Of a stretch of 64,000 bases of DNA, positions 10,370-20,587 are shown in pieces. Source of the stretch: Dehalococcoidia bacterium (GTDB lineage: Bacteria > Chloroflexota > Dehalococcoidia > Plut-88900); NCBI GenBank assembly GCA_965197645.1, contig OZ240219.1, positions 2,112,001 to 2,176,000 of the forward strand, read 5' to 3'. Position numbers and translations under genes: made by a program. Numbering within the stretch: position 1 is the stretch's first letter; each line of letters begins with the position of its first letter. Under the pieces are notes generated by a model, which saw only the letters and a program-made list of their open reading frames with translations, was not told where the DNA came from and ran no database searches.

Positions 10370-11548
10370 CTAGCTTGCCGCTGTCTTCGCGGTCTTGAAG
10401 GCCGGCATCACCTCTTTGGCAAACCGCTCTATCTGCTCCAGGATGACGGCGCGGGGGGTGGAGATCAGGGGTTGGATGTTGATCTCCCGCAGGCCGGGAT
10501 AGATGTCCTGGAGAAGCATCAGGGGTTCGATTATCTCCTCGGGGGTGCCGCAGAGGAAGTTGCCCGAGGCCACATCTTCTTCGATGGTGGGCAGGGCGGC
10601 GATCAGCTCTTCGCTGGGATTGTTGAGCTCCTCTTTCTGGTCCTCTGTGAGGCCGGCAACAAATCCCAACGGCCCGAACATCTTGGTGTTCTCCTCGAAG
10701 TAGGGCCGGGCTTCTTCTATCGCCTTCTCTCGACTCTCGGCGATGTGGAACTTCTCGCCGACGATCATGTCCTCGCCCAGGTCCTTTTCGATTCCTGCTC
10801 GAGCGTGGGCATCGCGCCAGGCCTCGACCACCCTTCGGGACGCTCCGCCGGGCGCCGCTCCTCCACCGGAGATGGCTTTGATGCCGTGCTTTACCATGAA
10901 GTCCAAGCCGCGCACGCTGGAGCTGACGATGGGCTGCCAGCACTCCACCGGAAGGTTCTTGGGGCGGGGCACCAGGGTGATCTCCTCCAGCTCGTAGCCC
11001 CGGTAAGGGACCTTGGGCGGGATGTCGTAGTACTTACCGTGGTGGGAGAAGGAGTAATTGTTGAAGGCCTTGAACATGACCTCCGCCTGCTCCTCGAACA
11101 GGTCCCGGTTGGCCTCTTTGTCCAGCATGGGCGCACCGAAGGACTCGACCTCCCGGGTGTGATACCCACGCCCAAGGCCGAAGATGATTCGTCCATCGGT
11201 CAGACGGTCGGCGAGGGCGTAGTCCTCGGCCAGTCTCAGGGGGTGCCACATGGGCCCGACGTTGAAGGCGCAGCCGAACTTGATGTTCTCGGTGAGATGG
11301 GCCAGGTGCACATACTGCATCAGCAGGTTGGGCAGGCACTCGTACCCCTCTCGCTGGAAGTGGTGCTCTGCGAGCCAGAGGGTGTGATAGCCGAGTTTGT
11401 CGGCGGCTACGGCAAGGTCCTCGGTAATGTCCAGCGCCGATGCCAGGTGCTCGTCGGAGAGGTACCGGTCGTTTACCGCCGTTGCACTGTAACCCATATC
11501 GTCGATATCGACGTGGCCGGCGTACAGAATGCTGAATCGCTCGATCAT
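10370..11548 (-). CDS. LLM class flavin-dependent monooxygenase
   Basis: WLAEHHF, HPLRLAEDYA and GRGY motifs. Confidence 0.92.
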   Translation of the reverse strand: MIERFSILYAGHVDIDDMGYSATAVNDRYLSDEHLASALDITEDLAVAADKLGYHTLWLAEHHFQREGYECLPNLLMQYVHLAHLTENIKFGCAFNVGPMWHPLRLAEDYALADRLTDGRIIFGLGRGYHTREVESFGAPMLDKEANRDLFEEQAEVMFKAFNNYSFSHHGKYYDIPPKVPYRGYELEEITLVPRPKNLPVECWQPIVSSSVRGLDFMVKHGIKAISGGGAAPGGASRRVVEAWRDAHARAGIEKDLGEDMIVGEKFHIAESREKAIEEARPYFEENTKMFGPLGFVAGLTEDQKEELNNPSEELIAALPTIEEDVASGNFLCGTPEEIIEPLMLLQDIYPGLREINIQPLISTPRAVILEQIERFAKEVMPAFKTAKTAAS

Positions 11549-11774
11549 ACCCTTCCTCCTTGTCGCTCGCTTCGGAACGACCCGCTATATACGTGAACTG
11601 GTGTGCAGAAACTGCTGATCGGGGATGCGCCGATTATATCACACCTATCTGTTGCTGTTGATTGGGACATTCCCGCAAATCCAGTCTAGAGCCCTCACGT
11701 CCGCAAGCAGTCGGGAGAAAGATAATGAAAACGAACAATACGGACAGTGTGAGCGGTGAGAGTGCCCCTCTGAT

Positions 11775-12602
11775 TCATACAGTGGAATTCTTTGCTTCTT
11801 CGGTCATCTCGTACTGTACAGGCTTCTTTCCTGGATTTCGGATATTCACTCCCAGGCATTCAAGGACCGGCCAGATGTTGCTCTTGAACTCGATGCCAAA
11901 CGCGGCTCCTCCGGCCTTGGCTATAGGATGATTGGGCCACTTCTCCTTAATCACGAGTTGACAGTCAGTGCTCTTGAATGGGCCGACCGGGATGTTGCTT
12001 ACAACCTCACTTGCCATTTCCATCCAAAGGGTATCGGAAGATTTCGACGTCCGGGCTTTCTGGGTGTCGCCGGGAGCGATAGAGATCACATGCAGTTGGT
12101 CTGGTGGGAAGAACTGCTTGATCGTGCTTGATAACGAGCCTTCCCGGTCAGTCACTACCCATAAGAATGGCACCTTGCCATCGATTAAAGGAATGTTCGA
12201 ATCGTCGCGAATGGCGGTGTATAGCGAGATGAAATCACTGTCGTCGCTGAGTATCGCCACGTGGGCAACTCTCCCGAGAATCAGGTCAGCCATTGCTTTA
12301 GTGGCGAGGGCTAGGTCCGCCGAATTTTTGGTCGAAGTCATGCTGAAGTGCTGGGTGCCCTTGACCACTACGTCTAGATCGTTGAATATGCTAGCGGTCC
12401 ACAGACGCCACAATTCCACTTGGTCGGCTCGCACATAAAGAGTTAGGCGCGACGGGGCCGGGGCCTTGTCCGGCCAGTTATCCAGCAAACTCCGAATCGC
12501 GGTTTGACCGCTGGAAAGAAGATTCTCTACATCCACGTAAAGACCGGAACCTCGGCTGGATTCGTTCTGGCACTCATCCGCGGGGCTGCCTAAATCATCC
12601 AA
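11775..12602 (-). CDS. NYN-domain (PIN-like, LabA/DUF88) protein
   Basis: YVDVEN, KNSAD and SDDSDF acidic motifs; visibly AT-richer than neighbours; TTG start uncertain. Confidence 0.78.
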   Translation of the reverse strand: MDDLGSPADECQNESSRGSGLYVDVENLLSSGQTAIRSLLDNWPDKAPAPSRLTLYVRADQVELWRLWTASIFNDLDVVVKGTQHFSMTSTKNSADLALATKAMADLILGRVAHVAILSDDSDFISLYTAIRDDSNIPLIDGKVPFLWVVTDREGSLSSTIKQFFPPDQLHVISIAPGDTQKARTSKSSDTLWMEMASEVVSNIPVGPFKSTDCQLVIKEKWPNHPIAKAGGAAFGIEFKSNIWPVLECLGVNIRNPGKKPVQYEMTEEAKNSTV

Positions 12603-12855
12603 TCATTCGCTCCATGTCCGCAGTGACCACATTCACTCACAGAAGGTCCCGAAGTCCGAATGCATAGTTGGGTCTCCGAAGCTGCTTCGGATTCTTCGTT
12701 TCAATTTGACAAACAGATTTCCTGATGTCCCGAAATTGCCGGTCTATCCGCTTAGATTTTTGCAGGTGTCTGGCCAGGTACTAAGTTACGACTGGGCCGG
12801 CCACGTTCCAACGACCACCAGCTCTTATGGGGGGGTATAGGAGCCAGCCTAACCT

Positions 12856-13956
12856 CTAGCTTGTGGGAAAACCGTAAAGGTTGGCGGAGTTTTCGTAGAG
12901 TATCTTCCGGGTGGTGTCCTCGGGGACGCCTTGGAAGATCCTCTCGGCAACCTCATGGGAGTGGGGGAAGGTGCCCTCGTCGTGGGGGTAGTCGCTGCCC
13001 CAGAGGAGGGTCCCATCGCCGGTGATGTCCAGCATTCTCAGGGCGGGTGGGTCGTCGCTAAAGGTGACGTGACCCTGGCGTTTGAAGTACTCGCTGGGGC
13101 TCATCTCCAGCTGGGGTCGCACCCACATATGCTTCTTCCCGGCCTGCTCGTCCAACGCATAGAGGACCCAGGCGAGCCAACCGGCGCCGCTTTCCACCAC
13201 CGTGAAGTTCAGGCCGGGATGCCGCTCCAGTATTCCGGAGCTGATGAGCATGCAGACCGGGCTCTGTCCCTGGGCCATCCCCAGCACCATATAGGACAGG
13301 AAGGCGCCGATGCTCTCCTCGCCCATGTTGTCGGGGTAGATGTCCTCGCTGCCCGTTAGGGTATGGAGACTGAGGACCAGCCCGGCGTCTTCCACGGCGG
13401 ACCAGAGAGGCTCGTACATGGGGAGGATGTAGGGTTGTTCGTTCACGGCTACGGGTATGCTGATGACCCGATAGCCCATCTTGTGGACTCTGTGCACCTC
13501 GTCCACCGCGGCGGGGACGTCGGCAACGGGGACGAGAGCCGCAGGCGCGAACCGGTCCGGCTGGGGCCCAAACAGCTCGTTCATCCAGTCGTTGTACGCC
13601 TTGGCCACGGCCATCTGGTACTCCGCATCAGGGGAGGAGAACAGGGAGAGGCCCTGGTTGGGGTAGATGACCTCGCCCCGTACACCGTCTCTCTCCTGGT
13701 CCGACAGCCTGAACGATAGGTCCCGGCCCCCGGACTCGTCACGGCGGAATTCCCGGTTCATGTCGTCTTCGGTGGTCCTGGACGAAGCGAGATCGAGTCG
13801 CCGGTCTTTCTTGCCCTCTCGGACCAGGTAGGTGGCGCCGTTGCGATCCTCCACGCGGGGAGTCCGGTGGCGGTACTCGGCCGGTACGCGCTCTTTGTAC
13901 AGGGAGTCCGGTTCCTGGACGTGAGAATCGGCCGAGATGAACTTGTAGCTCTCCAT
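12856..13956 (-). CDS. Amidohydrolase_2 family metal-dependent hydrolase/decarboxylase
   Basis: SADSHV, ESGAGW and WGSDYPH motifs. Confidence 0.9.
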   Translation of the reverse strand: MESYKFISADSHVQEPDSLYKERVPAEYRHRTPRVEDRNGATYLVREGKKDRRLDLASSRTTEDDMNREFRRDESGGRDLSFRLSDQERDGVRGEVIYPNQGLSLFSSPDAEYQMAVAKAYNDWMNELFGPQPDRFAPAALVPVADVPAAVDEVHRVHKMGYRVISIPVAVNEQPYILPMYEPLWSAVEDAGLVLSLHTLTGSEDIYPDNMGEESIGAFLSYMVLGMAQGQSPVCMLISSGILERHPGLNFTVVESGAGWLAWVLYALDEQAGKKHMWVRPQLEMSPSEYFKRQGHVTFSDDPPALRMLDITGDGTLLWGSDYPHDEGTFPHSHEVAERIFQGVPEDTTRKILYENSANLYGFPTS

Positions 13957-14041
13957 GTTCCGTTTCCCTCCTAGTGGTGGATGGTCCCAGTTTCTTGCCT
14001 GTGCGTCTTCAAGCCGGGATGACGTTTTAGCCTGGTGGGAT

Positions 14042-14830
14042 CTATGCAGCGACCAGTCGTAGATCGACCCGGCCGAGGCTCCCGAAATCGGCCACTACCT
14101 CATCGCCCGGGGCGACGGGTATGAGGCCCGTACAGGTGCCCGTAGTGATGACCTCGCCGGCGCTGATGGCCAGGCCGAGACGCGACAGATGGTTGGCTGT
14201 CCACTCCAGGACGGAGAGAGGGCCGTCCAGCACATTGGCGCCGGCGCCCTCAGCCTCGACCTTGCCGTTCTTGGCAAGACTTACCGGATGAGACAGGAGG
14301 TCCAGTTGCTTCCAGTTGGCGGTCTCCGGTCCGGAGACGAAGCCGATGTGGGCCACCAGGTCGGCCACCGTTTGTATCATGCCGAGCGCGCCAAAACCGC
14401 CTTCGAACCGGCATCCCACGATCTCGATCGCCGTTATGAGTACGTCGACCGCGTCCAGGACCTCCTCGTAACCGTACGGTTCGGATCGAGAGGGCAGTCC
14501 CCGGGCGAAACGGAAGGCGAACTCGCACTCCACGTTGGCGCCATGTTCGGGGAAGACGGGCACTTCGGCGGGAGACTCGAAGCAGAAGGGCACGAACATG
14601 GGAGCGGTGGCCGGTTCATCGGTATCATTTATCAGAATCGCCTTGTTGGTCATCCCCACCTTCCAGCCGGCGCGAGGTATGCCTGCCAGGGCCTCTATCT
14701 CGGGGTGGACCCCGTAGGCCTTCTCCATAGAATCTATACCATCGGCCGCAGTGGGCGTGACGGTACCGCCCCCGGTGAAGGCGCTCCAGACCTGGGCGGC
14801 GAGATCTTTCTGTATTTGTTCTATGGACAC
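14042..14830 (-). CDS. 2-keto-4-pentenoate hydratase-like (FAA hydrolase family)
   Basis: GWKVG, ECEFAF, GEVITTGT and FGSLG motifs. Confidence 0.85.
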   Translation of the reverse strand: MSIEQIQKDLAAQVWSAFTGGGTVTPTAADGIDSMEKAYGVHPEIEALAGIPRAGWKVGMTNKAILINDTDEPATAPMFVPFCFESPAEVPVFPEHGANVECEFAFRFARGLPSRSEPYGYEEVLDAVDVLITAIEIVGCRFEGGFGALGMIQTVADLVAHIGFVSGPETANWKQLDLLSHPVSLAKNGKVEAEGAGANVLDGPLSVLEWTANHLSRLGLAISAGEVITTGTCTGLIPVAPGDEVVADFGSLGRVDLRLVAA

Positions 14831-14895
14831 TGATTCACTCTCCCGTTCCAGATCATTCTACTGAACCCGTTGCCCCTTTCCCATATCCCACCGGC

Positions 14896-16344
14896 TTACT
14901 GTTCCAACATCGGAGGACGGCGATGGGCCCAGGGCCGTGCTTCCTCCAGCTGGGCAGCCAGCCGGAAGAGAGTGGCCTCGTCGCCAAACCTGCCTGCAAA
15001 ATGGACTCCTATGGGCAGCCCTTTCGAGTTCCAGATCAGGGGAATGGACATTCCAGGCTGGCCCGTCGCGTTGCACAGACCGGTGAAGGGAGAGAACTCT
15101 CCCAGGGGCACTAGGTAGCCTGCCGGATTGTCGGTCGGCGTACCGACGATGGATCCCAGATGTACCGGAGGTTTGGCCATAGTGGGTGTCAGCCAGGCAT
15201 CGTAGTCCACCATGAACCGGCCCATGTCCCGGGTGAACTGCTGCAGGGTATGCAGTCCCCTCAGGTAGTCGGCGCCACTGACCTCATCCCTATTCCGCTC
15301 GTAGATCTGCCACGTGGCGGGCTCGAACCCTTCAGCCGTTGGAGTCCGACCGGTCACTTTGGCTAGGGTATCGATGACCCAGCCGGTGTATCCGGTCCAC
15401 TGGCTGAGGAATGCTTGGCTGTACGCATCCGGGTCTACGGAGACATCCGGGACGGTCTCCTCCACTTCGTGGCCAAGCTGAGAACAGAGAGCGGCTACGT
15501 CTCGGACGGCTGCGACACAGTCGGGGTCTACGGGGACTCCGGTATAGGCCTCGGTGCTGAAGGCTATTCGGAGACGGCCCGGTTCGGCGCCAACCTCCTG
15601 AGCGTAGGGCCGTTCCGGGGGTGGGGCGGCATACGGGTCGCCGACCTCAGGGCCCGATAGGGAATCCAGCATCGTGGCACTATCCCTCACCGAACGGGTG
15701 ACCACGTGCTCGCATATCAGTCCCGTGATCACGTCGCCGTAGTCCGGGCCCAGGGGATTGCGAGCGCGGGTGGGCTTCAGGCCGAACACCCCGCAACAGG
15801 ACGCAGGTATCCTGATCGAGCCGCCTCCGTCGTTGGCGTGGGCCATGGCCACCTGTCCCGTGATCACCGCTGCCGCCGAGCCTCCACTGGACCCGCCCGT
15901 CGTGCGACCCAGGTCCCAGGGGTTCCGTGTCGGCCCGAAGAGGGTCGGCTCGGTCGTCACCGTGAGACCGAACTCGGGGGTGTTGGTCTTGCCCAAAGTA
16001 ATCAGGCCGGAGCGCTTGAACCGAGCCACCAGCTCGCTGTCGTGGTCGGGCACGAAATCCTTGAGGAAGGCGCAGCCGTTGGTCAAGGGCGCTCCGGCGT
16101 AGGCGGCCAGCAGGTCCTTCAACAGGAAGGGGACGCCGGTAAAGGGGCCATCGGGGATATCGCCTTCGGCGGTTTCCCGCGCATCTTCGTACAGCTTGTA
16201 GATTACGGCGTTGAGGGTAGGGTTGAGGTCTTCGATGCGTTGAATCGCCCCTTCGACCAGTTCAATGGGCTTTACCTCTTTGTTCCTGACAAGCTCGGCC
16301 TGGGCCGTGGCATCCATGAAAGCAACGTAATCGAGATTAGCCAT
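14896..16344 (-). CDS. Amidase (amidase signature family)
   Basis: [15 protein letters not shown] and DGGGSIRIP (Lys-cisSer-Ser triad). Confidence 0.93.
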   Translation of the reverse strand: MANLDYVAFMDATAQAELVRNKEVKPIELVEGAIQRIEDLNPTLNAVIYKLYEDARETAEGDIPDGPFTGVPFLLKDLLAAYAGAPLTNGCAFLKDFVPDHDSELVARFKRSGLITLGKTNTPEFGLTVTTEPTLFGPTRNPWDLGRTTGGSSGGSAAAVITGQVAMAHANDGGGSIRIPASCCGVFGLKPTRARNPLGPDYGDVITGLICEHVVTRSVRDSATMLDSLSGPEVGDPYAAPPPERPYAQEVGAEPGRLRIAFSTEAYTGVPVDPDCVAAVRDVAALCSQLGHEVEETVPDVSVDPDAYSQAFLSQWTGYTGWVIDTLAKVTGRTPTAEGFEPATWQIYERNRDEVSGADYLRGLHTLQQFTRDMGRFMVDYDAWLTPTMAKPPVHLGSIVGTPTDNPAGYLVPLGEFSPFTGLCNATGQPGMSIPLIWNSKGLPIGVHFAGRFGDEATLFRLAAQLEEARPWAHRRPPMLEQ

Positions 16345-16489
16345 GTCGACACCTCCTACGACGAAGAGTTGATGAGCACTGACAGAATACCAGTAAAGCC
16401 CTCGAAAACCAAAGTTAGTGCAAAAGTAGTGAAGGCACTGAAGAGTGACACGATGCCCTTGACTGAGGATTGGCAGGCTGATGAAGTAT

Positions 16490-16607
16490 GGGGTGTGCAG
16501 AGGGGCGAAGCCCCTTTGCCGGAAGTCTGAGGGTGTCCCTCAGAAACCGTCTCTTTTTATGCCCCCTTCTTGGCCAGGAAGGGGGGCCAGGGGGATGGTC
16601 GAAAGGG
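16490..16607 (+). repeat. Modular intergenic repeat, copy B
   Basis: GGGGTGTGCAGAGGGGCGAAGCCCCTTTGCCGGAAGTCTGAGGGTGTCCCTCA...CCAGGAAGGGGGGCCAGGGGGATGGTCGAAAG, matching copies C and D. Confidence 0.88.
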
Positions 16608-16684
16608 TTTTTCAACAGCCCATTACGTCAAAGGCACGATCAGCCGGCCAGTCCTGGGCGACTAGACAAAGAGAATCGTACCCT

Positions 16685-17155
16685 CTAGCCCGGTGTGGAC
16701 GACGCCGGCTCCGCCAGAGTGTGGGGGTACGTGCCGCCGAACAGGTCTCCCTCGGTGGGCCAGCGGTCTTTGGGCAGCTCGTTGAAGGCCTCGATCACGT
16801 TCCCATCGGGATCGAAGAAATAGACGCCGAGGGAGATTCCGTGATCGTCCACCCCAGCGATCTTTACGTCCCTTTGTTTCAGGTCGAGGTACAGCTCCTG
16901 CAGCTCCTCGAAGGACTCCAACTCCCAGGCGTAGTGGTTGAGCCCGACCCGGTTCTCCTCTGGGCCCGGTGCGTCTGGGCCGACGGATATGAGGGCCAGC
17001 TCGTGGGACGAGTCATCACCCGCGCTCATGAATATGACCTCGTTGGGCCATACGTTGGTGACGTGAAGACCCATGACCTCCTCGTAGAACTTGACGGATG
17101 TATCGAGGTCGCGAACCGAAAGCACCAGGTGTCCGAGTCTTTTGGGCTTGACCAT
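16685..17155 (-). CDS. VOC-family protein, extradiol (catechol) dioxygenase-like single domain
   Basis: LGHLVL, HELAL, NHYAW and YFFDPDGNVIE motifs; lies next to the ring-hydroxylating dioxygenase genes. Confidence 0.82.
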   Translation of the reverse strand: MVKPKRLGHLVLSVRDLDTSVKFYEEVMGLHVTNVWPNEVIFMSAGDDSSHELALISVGPDAPGPEENRVGLNHYAWELESFEELQELYLDLKQRDVKIAGVDDHGISLGVYFFDPDGNVIEAFNELPKDRWPTEGDLFGGTYPHTLAEPASSTPG

Positions 17156-17200
17156 AGAATCCTCCGTCGCCTGCTTCGAGCAGGCCCTTGTTAGCTTCTC

Positions 17201-17707
17201 CTACAGAAAGATGCTGATGTTCCTGGCGTCAAGTATCGTCTGGTCCAGAATGATGGTCCTTCGGGCGATCTTCAGCTGGCCATCGACCCGCCTGAGAGTG
17301 TCATGCCGGGTGCCGACGTAGATGTCCGTGTCAGTGTCCATGCGGGTCCTGTAGACCAGGAAGTTGCAATGGACGTCAAACTCGGAGCTTCCATTGGCCC
17401 CTTTTATCCGGATGTTGGAGACCAGGTGTCGCGTTCTGGAGGGTGGAGTCTCGGCCCAAGCGGTCCCGGTATCCAACCGATTGACGCGCATGCGCAGCGT
17501 TTCCTTGGTGTCCTCGAAAAAGCCCGTTTCGCCAGGCTTGGACAGCTCTTCGGCCACCTCTCTGCTTATCAGAGTCTCTCGCACCGGCATCCAGTAGTGT
17601 AGGTCGTCGGTGAACAGGTCGAGCCACTGGTGAAACCGTCGTTCATCCAGAAGCTCCGCCTCCTCGTACAGGAGGTCTTCGACCTCACTGCGCAGGTCAT
17701 CCGACAT
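17201..17707 (-). CDS. Aromatic ring-hydroxylating dioxygenase beta subunit
   Basis: [23 protein letters not shown] and KIARR motifs; ATG overlaps the 3' end of the alpha gene. Confidence 0.92.
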   Translation of the reverse strand: MSDDLRSEVEDLLYEEAELLDERRFHQWLDLFTDDLHYWMPVRETLISREVAEELSKPGETGFFEDTKETLRMRVNRLDTGTAWAETPPSRTRHLVSNIRIKGANGSSEFDVHCNFLVYRTRMDTDTDIYVGTRHDTLRRVDGQLKIARRTIILDQTILDARNISIFL

Positions 17708-19025
17708 GCTGGGGTACCCCCACGTTGCGAGTACGAGGGGCAATGCTTATCTCGTTCCAGGACTCGGCGGCCATCATCTCCGCCCAGCGCCCGTACAGAC
17801 CCCGCTGGTTGATCTCGCTTAAGAAGTCTCCCACCCTGCCTGGAAGGTCCGGGTGGGACGTTTCGTGACCCAACCCCATCTGGAAGTTGGCGGGTATGCG
17901 CCTGGAAACTGCGCCCCGTCCCGAGCGGGTGACCTGCATCCAGTTGTCCATGTCGTCCTGCTCCCACGTACCGGCGGCGGAGAAGGTCTGGGTATTGTAG
18001 ATCCGGGTGTCCTCCTTGACCTCGGGCGGGGCGTCCCTGTCGACGTAAGTCCACGCCCAGATCTCCATCCTCTCCGGCCCGCGAGGATGCCAAACCCGCA
18101 TGGTGCTGTTCGACAGGAAGGAGAAGTTGGGAAAGACCGTAGCGTGGAAGCCGCCAATCCTGCGACCTCGGAGAGCACCCAGGCGCGCTTCCGCCTCGGC
18201 GGCGGTCGCTTCCATGTATTCCACGGTGCTTGGGGCTACGTCTCCGCTGCCAAACTCGTCCTCGCCCTCCGGGATCAACGGTATCCCGATGCCGTGCCCA
18301 TTACCCGGCGAGACCTGATAACCGGGATATTGGAACCCTCCGGTGGGATCGCCGAAATCCCAGCCCACCTGGATAGCGGACTGATGGGAGGCCCAAGCGT
18401 GGTACATATCCCCGATGAAGTTCTCCGCAGATACCTTCCAGTTGGACTCCAGCACCCACCGGTGGGCGCCTCCTATCAGCTCGGTGCCGGCGTCTCGACG
18501 ATCGAACACGATGTCCAGGTACCAGGCCATGTCCCCCAGGTACTCCAGCAACGATGGCGCCCCTGCATCGAAGGTGGCGAAGATCAATCCCTTGTAGGTG
18601 TCAAGCTGGGCAACGGGTACAAGGCCCCATTCCGACAGGTCCAACTCCTCGAAGTAGGACTCCTTCCAGCTGGGCACCGAGACCAGCTTGCCCTGGTTGT
18701 TGTAGACCCAGCCGTGGAAGGCGCAGGTGAAGTACTTGGCATTGCCCCGGTCGGCGCGGCAGACCCGGTTGCCCCGGTGCCGGCACATGTTGATGAAGGC
18801 CCCCAGCTTTCCATCGCCGTCACGGGAGACGATGACCGGGTCCTCGCCCATGTAGGTAGTGATGAAATCGCCGGGGTTGGGGAGCTGGCTCTCGTGGCCG
18901 ATGAATAGCCAGCAACGGGCGAATATCCGCTCCAGCTCTAGGCGGTAGATATCCGGGTCGACGAATATGCTGCGGTCGATCAGACCACGCTCTGTGTCCA
19001 CCAGCTTACTTACGTCGATGCTCAT
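17697..19025 (-). CDS. Rieske ring-hydroxylating dioxygenase alpha subunit (copy 1)
   Basis: CRH...CAFH Rieske ligands; DMYHAWASH and WEQDD mononuclear Fe site. Confidence 0.95.
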   Translation of the reverse strand: MSIDVSKLVDTERGLIDRSIFVDPDIYRLELERIFARCWLFIGHESQLPNPGDFITTYMGEDPVIVSRDGDGKLGAFINMCRHRGNRVCRADRGNAKYFTCAFHGWVYNNQGKLVSVPSWKESYFEELDLSEWGLVPVAQLDTYKGLIFATFDAGAPSLLEYLGDMAWYLDIVFDRRDAGTELIGGAHRWVLESNWKVSAENFIGDMYHAWASHQSAIQVGWDFGDPTGGFQYPGYQVSPGNGHGIGIPLIPEGEDEFGSGDVAPSTVEYMEATAAEAEARLGALRGRRIGGFHATVFPNFSFLSNSTMRVWHPRGPERMEIWAWTYVDRDAPPEVKEDTRIYNTQTFSAAGTWEQDDMDNWMQVTRSGRGAVSRRIPANFQMGLGHETSHPDLPGRVGDFLSEINQRGLYGRWAEMMAAESWNEISIAPRTRNVGVPQHVG

Positions 19026-19102
19026 CGTATCCAGCCTTCCTGCTACTCCCACCTGGTGCATATGAGATACGGCGCGAACTGCTTGATGATCGGGTAGCTG
19101 TG

Positions 19103-19131
19103 AGACTACTTCAGATTGAGTTACTCGTCAA
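19103..19131 (-). promoter_or_regulatory. Sigma70-like promoter for alpha copy 1
   Basis: TTGACG-17 nt-TAGTCT on the minus strand. Confidence 0.55.
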
Positions 19132-19161
19132 TTCAGGGTCCGGTGATAGCGGGTCAGTCGA

Positions 19162-20481
19162 TCATCCGACCTGCGGGGCAACCTCCAACTCTCGAGCGGC
19201 GGTCCTCACGTCTCTCCAGGATTCGGCGGTCATCAGTTCCGTCCAGCGGTCGTACATGGAGCGCTGGTTGATATCGCTGTAGAACTCACCTATCCTGCCC
19301 CGAAGGTCGGGATGCGTTGTCTCGTGTCCCAGCCCCATCTGGTAGTTGGCGAGTGTCCGTCGGGAAACGGCGCCCCGTCCCGAGCGGGCAACCTGCATCC
19401 AGTTGTCCATGTCGTCCTGCTCCCAGGTCCCGGCGGTTGAGAAAGTCTGGGTTACGTTGATCCGTTGAGCTTCCTTGACCTCGGCGGGAGCGGCCTTATC
19501 GACGAAAATCCATGCCCAGATCTCCATCTTCCCCGGGCCGCGAGGGTGCCATATGCGCAGCGTGCCGTTGGGAAGGAAGGATAGGTTGGGAAACACGGTG
19601 CCGTGATTGGGCCGGACCTTGCGGGCTCTGACCCGACCCAGCCGCTGCTCCACCTCATCGATGATGGCCTTGGCATACTCCCGGGTGTCGGGATAGTTGC
19701 TGCGAGACCAGACCTCTTCACCCTCCAGGAAGTAGAAGATCCCCAGGCCGTGTCCATTGCCCGGCGAGACCTGGTATCCCTGGAAGATGGGGCCTTCGGT
19801 CTCGTCGCCGGAGTCCCAGCCGGCCTGGATAGCGGACTGATGCGACGGGTAAGCGTGGTACATGTCCCCAACGAAGTTCTCCGCCGATACCTTCCAGTTG
19901 GACTCCAGCACCCACCGGTGGGCGCCTCCTATCAGCTCCACGCCGCCCTCTCGACGGTCGAACATCATGTCGAGGTACCAGGCCATGTCCCCCAGGTACT
20001 CCAGCAGCGAGGGCGCCTCCGCATCGAAGGTGGCGAAGATCAGCCCTTTATAGGTGTCCAGCTGGGCCACGTGTACAAGGCCCCATTCCGACAGGTCCAA
20101 CTCCTCGAAATACGACTCCTTCCAGCTGGGCACCGAGACCAGGTTCCCCTGGTTGTTGTAGACCCAGCCGTGGAAGGCGCAGGTGAAGTACTTGGCATTG
20201 CCCCGGTCGGCACGGCAGACGCGGTTGCCCCGGTGCCGGCACATGTTGATGAAGGCCCCCAGCTTCCCCTCGCCGTCACGGGAGACGATAACCGGGTCCT
20301 CGCCCATGTAGGTAGTGATGAAATCGCCGGGGTTGGGGAGCTGGCTCTCGTGGCCGATGAATAGCCAGCAGCGGGCGAATATCCGCTCCAGCTCCAGGTC
20401 ATATATCTCCCGGTCGACGAATATGCTGCGGTCGATCAGACCACGCTCTGTGTCCACCAGCTTACTTACGTCGATACTCAT
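19162..20481 (-). CDS. Rieske ring-hydroxylating dioxygenase alpha subunit (copy 2)
   Basis: Same Rieske and Fe motifs (DMYHAYPSH); N-terminal half nearly identical to copy 1. Confidence 0.95.
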   Translation of the reverse strand: MSIDVSKLVDTERGLIDRSIFVDREIYDLELERIFARCWLFIGHESQLPNPGDFITTYMGEDPVIVSRDGEGKLGAFINMCRHRGNRVCRADRGNAKYFTCAFHGWVYNNQGNLVSVPSWKESYFEELDLSEWGLVHVAQLDTYKGLIFATFDAEAPSLLEYLGDMAWYLDMMFDRREGGVELIGGAHRWVLESNWKVSAENFVGDMYHAYPSHQSAIQAGWDSGDETEGPIFQGYQVSPGNGHGLGIFYFLEGEEVWSRSNYPDTREYAKAIIDEVEQRLGRVRARKVRPNHGTVFPNLSFLPNGTLRIWHPRGPGKMEIWAWIFVDKAAPAEVKEAQRINVTQTFSTAGTWEQDDMDNWMQVARSGRGAVSRRTLANYQMGLGHETTHPDLRGRIGEFYSDINQRSMYDRWTELMTAESWRDVRTAARELEVAPQVG

Positions 20482-20540
20482 TTTCCAAAGCCCTCCCAGT
20501 CCGGTCTCGTTCCATGACAGGCCAAGCTCACCGTGCTCTA

Positions 20541-20569
20541 AGTTTAGCGATGACGCCACATCAATTCAA
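20541..20569 (-). promoter_or_regulatory. Sigma70-like promoter for alpha copy 2
   Basis: TTGAAT-17 nt-TAAACT on the minus strand. Confidence 0.55.
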
Positions 20570-20587
20570 TGCGCTTCCCCCTTGGGT

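Noticed and set aside
12603-12605. TGA immediately before the NYN ORF as a second Sec codon
   Set aside because: No redox motif or convincing hairpin; a GGAG lies at normal RBS spacing from the TTG start.
16372-16530. Short plus-strand ORF MSTDRIPVK... running into repeat B
   Set aside because: No clear RBS or motif, and it ends within a repeat; probably spurious.
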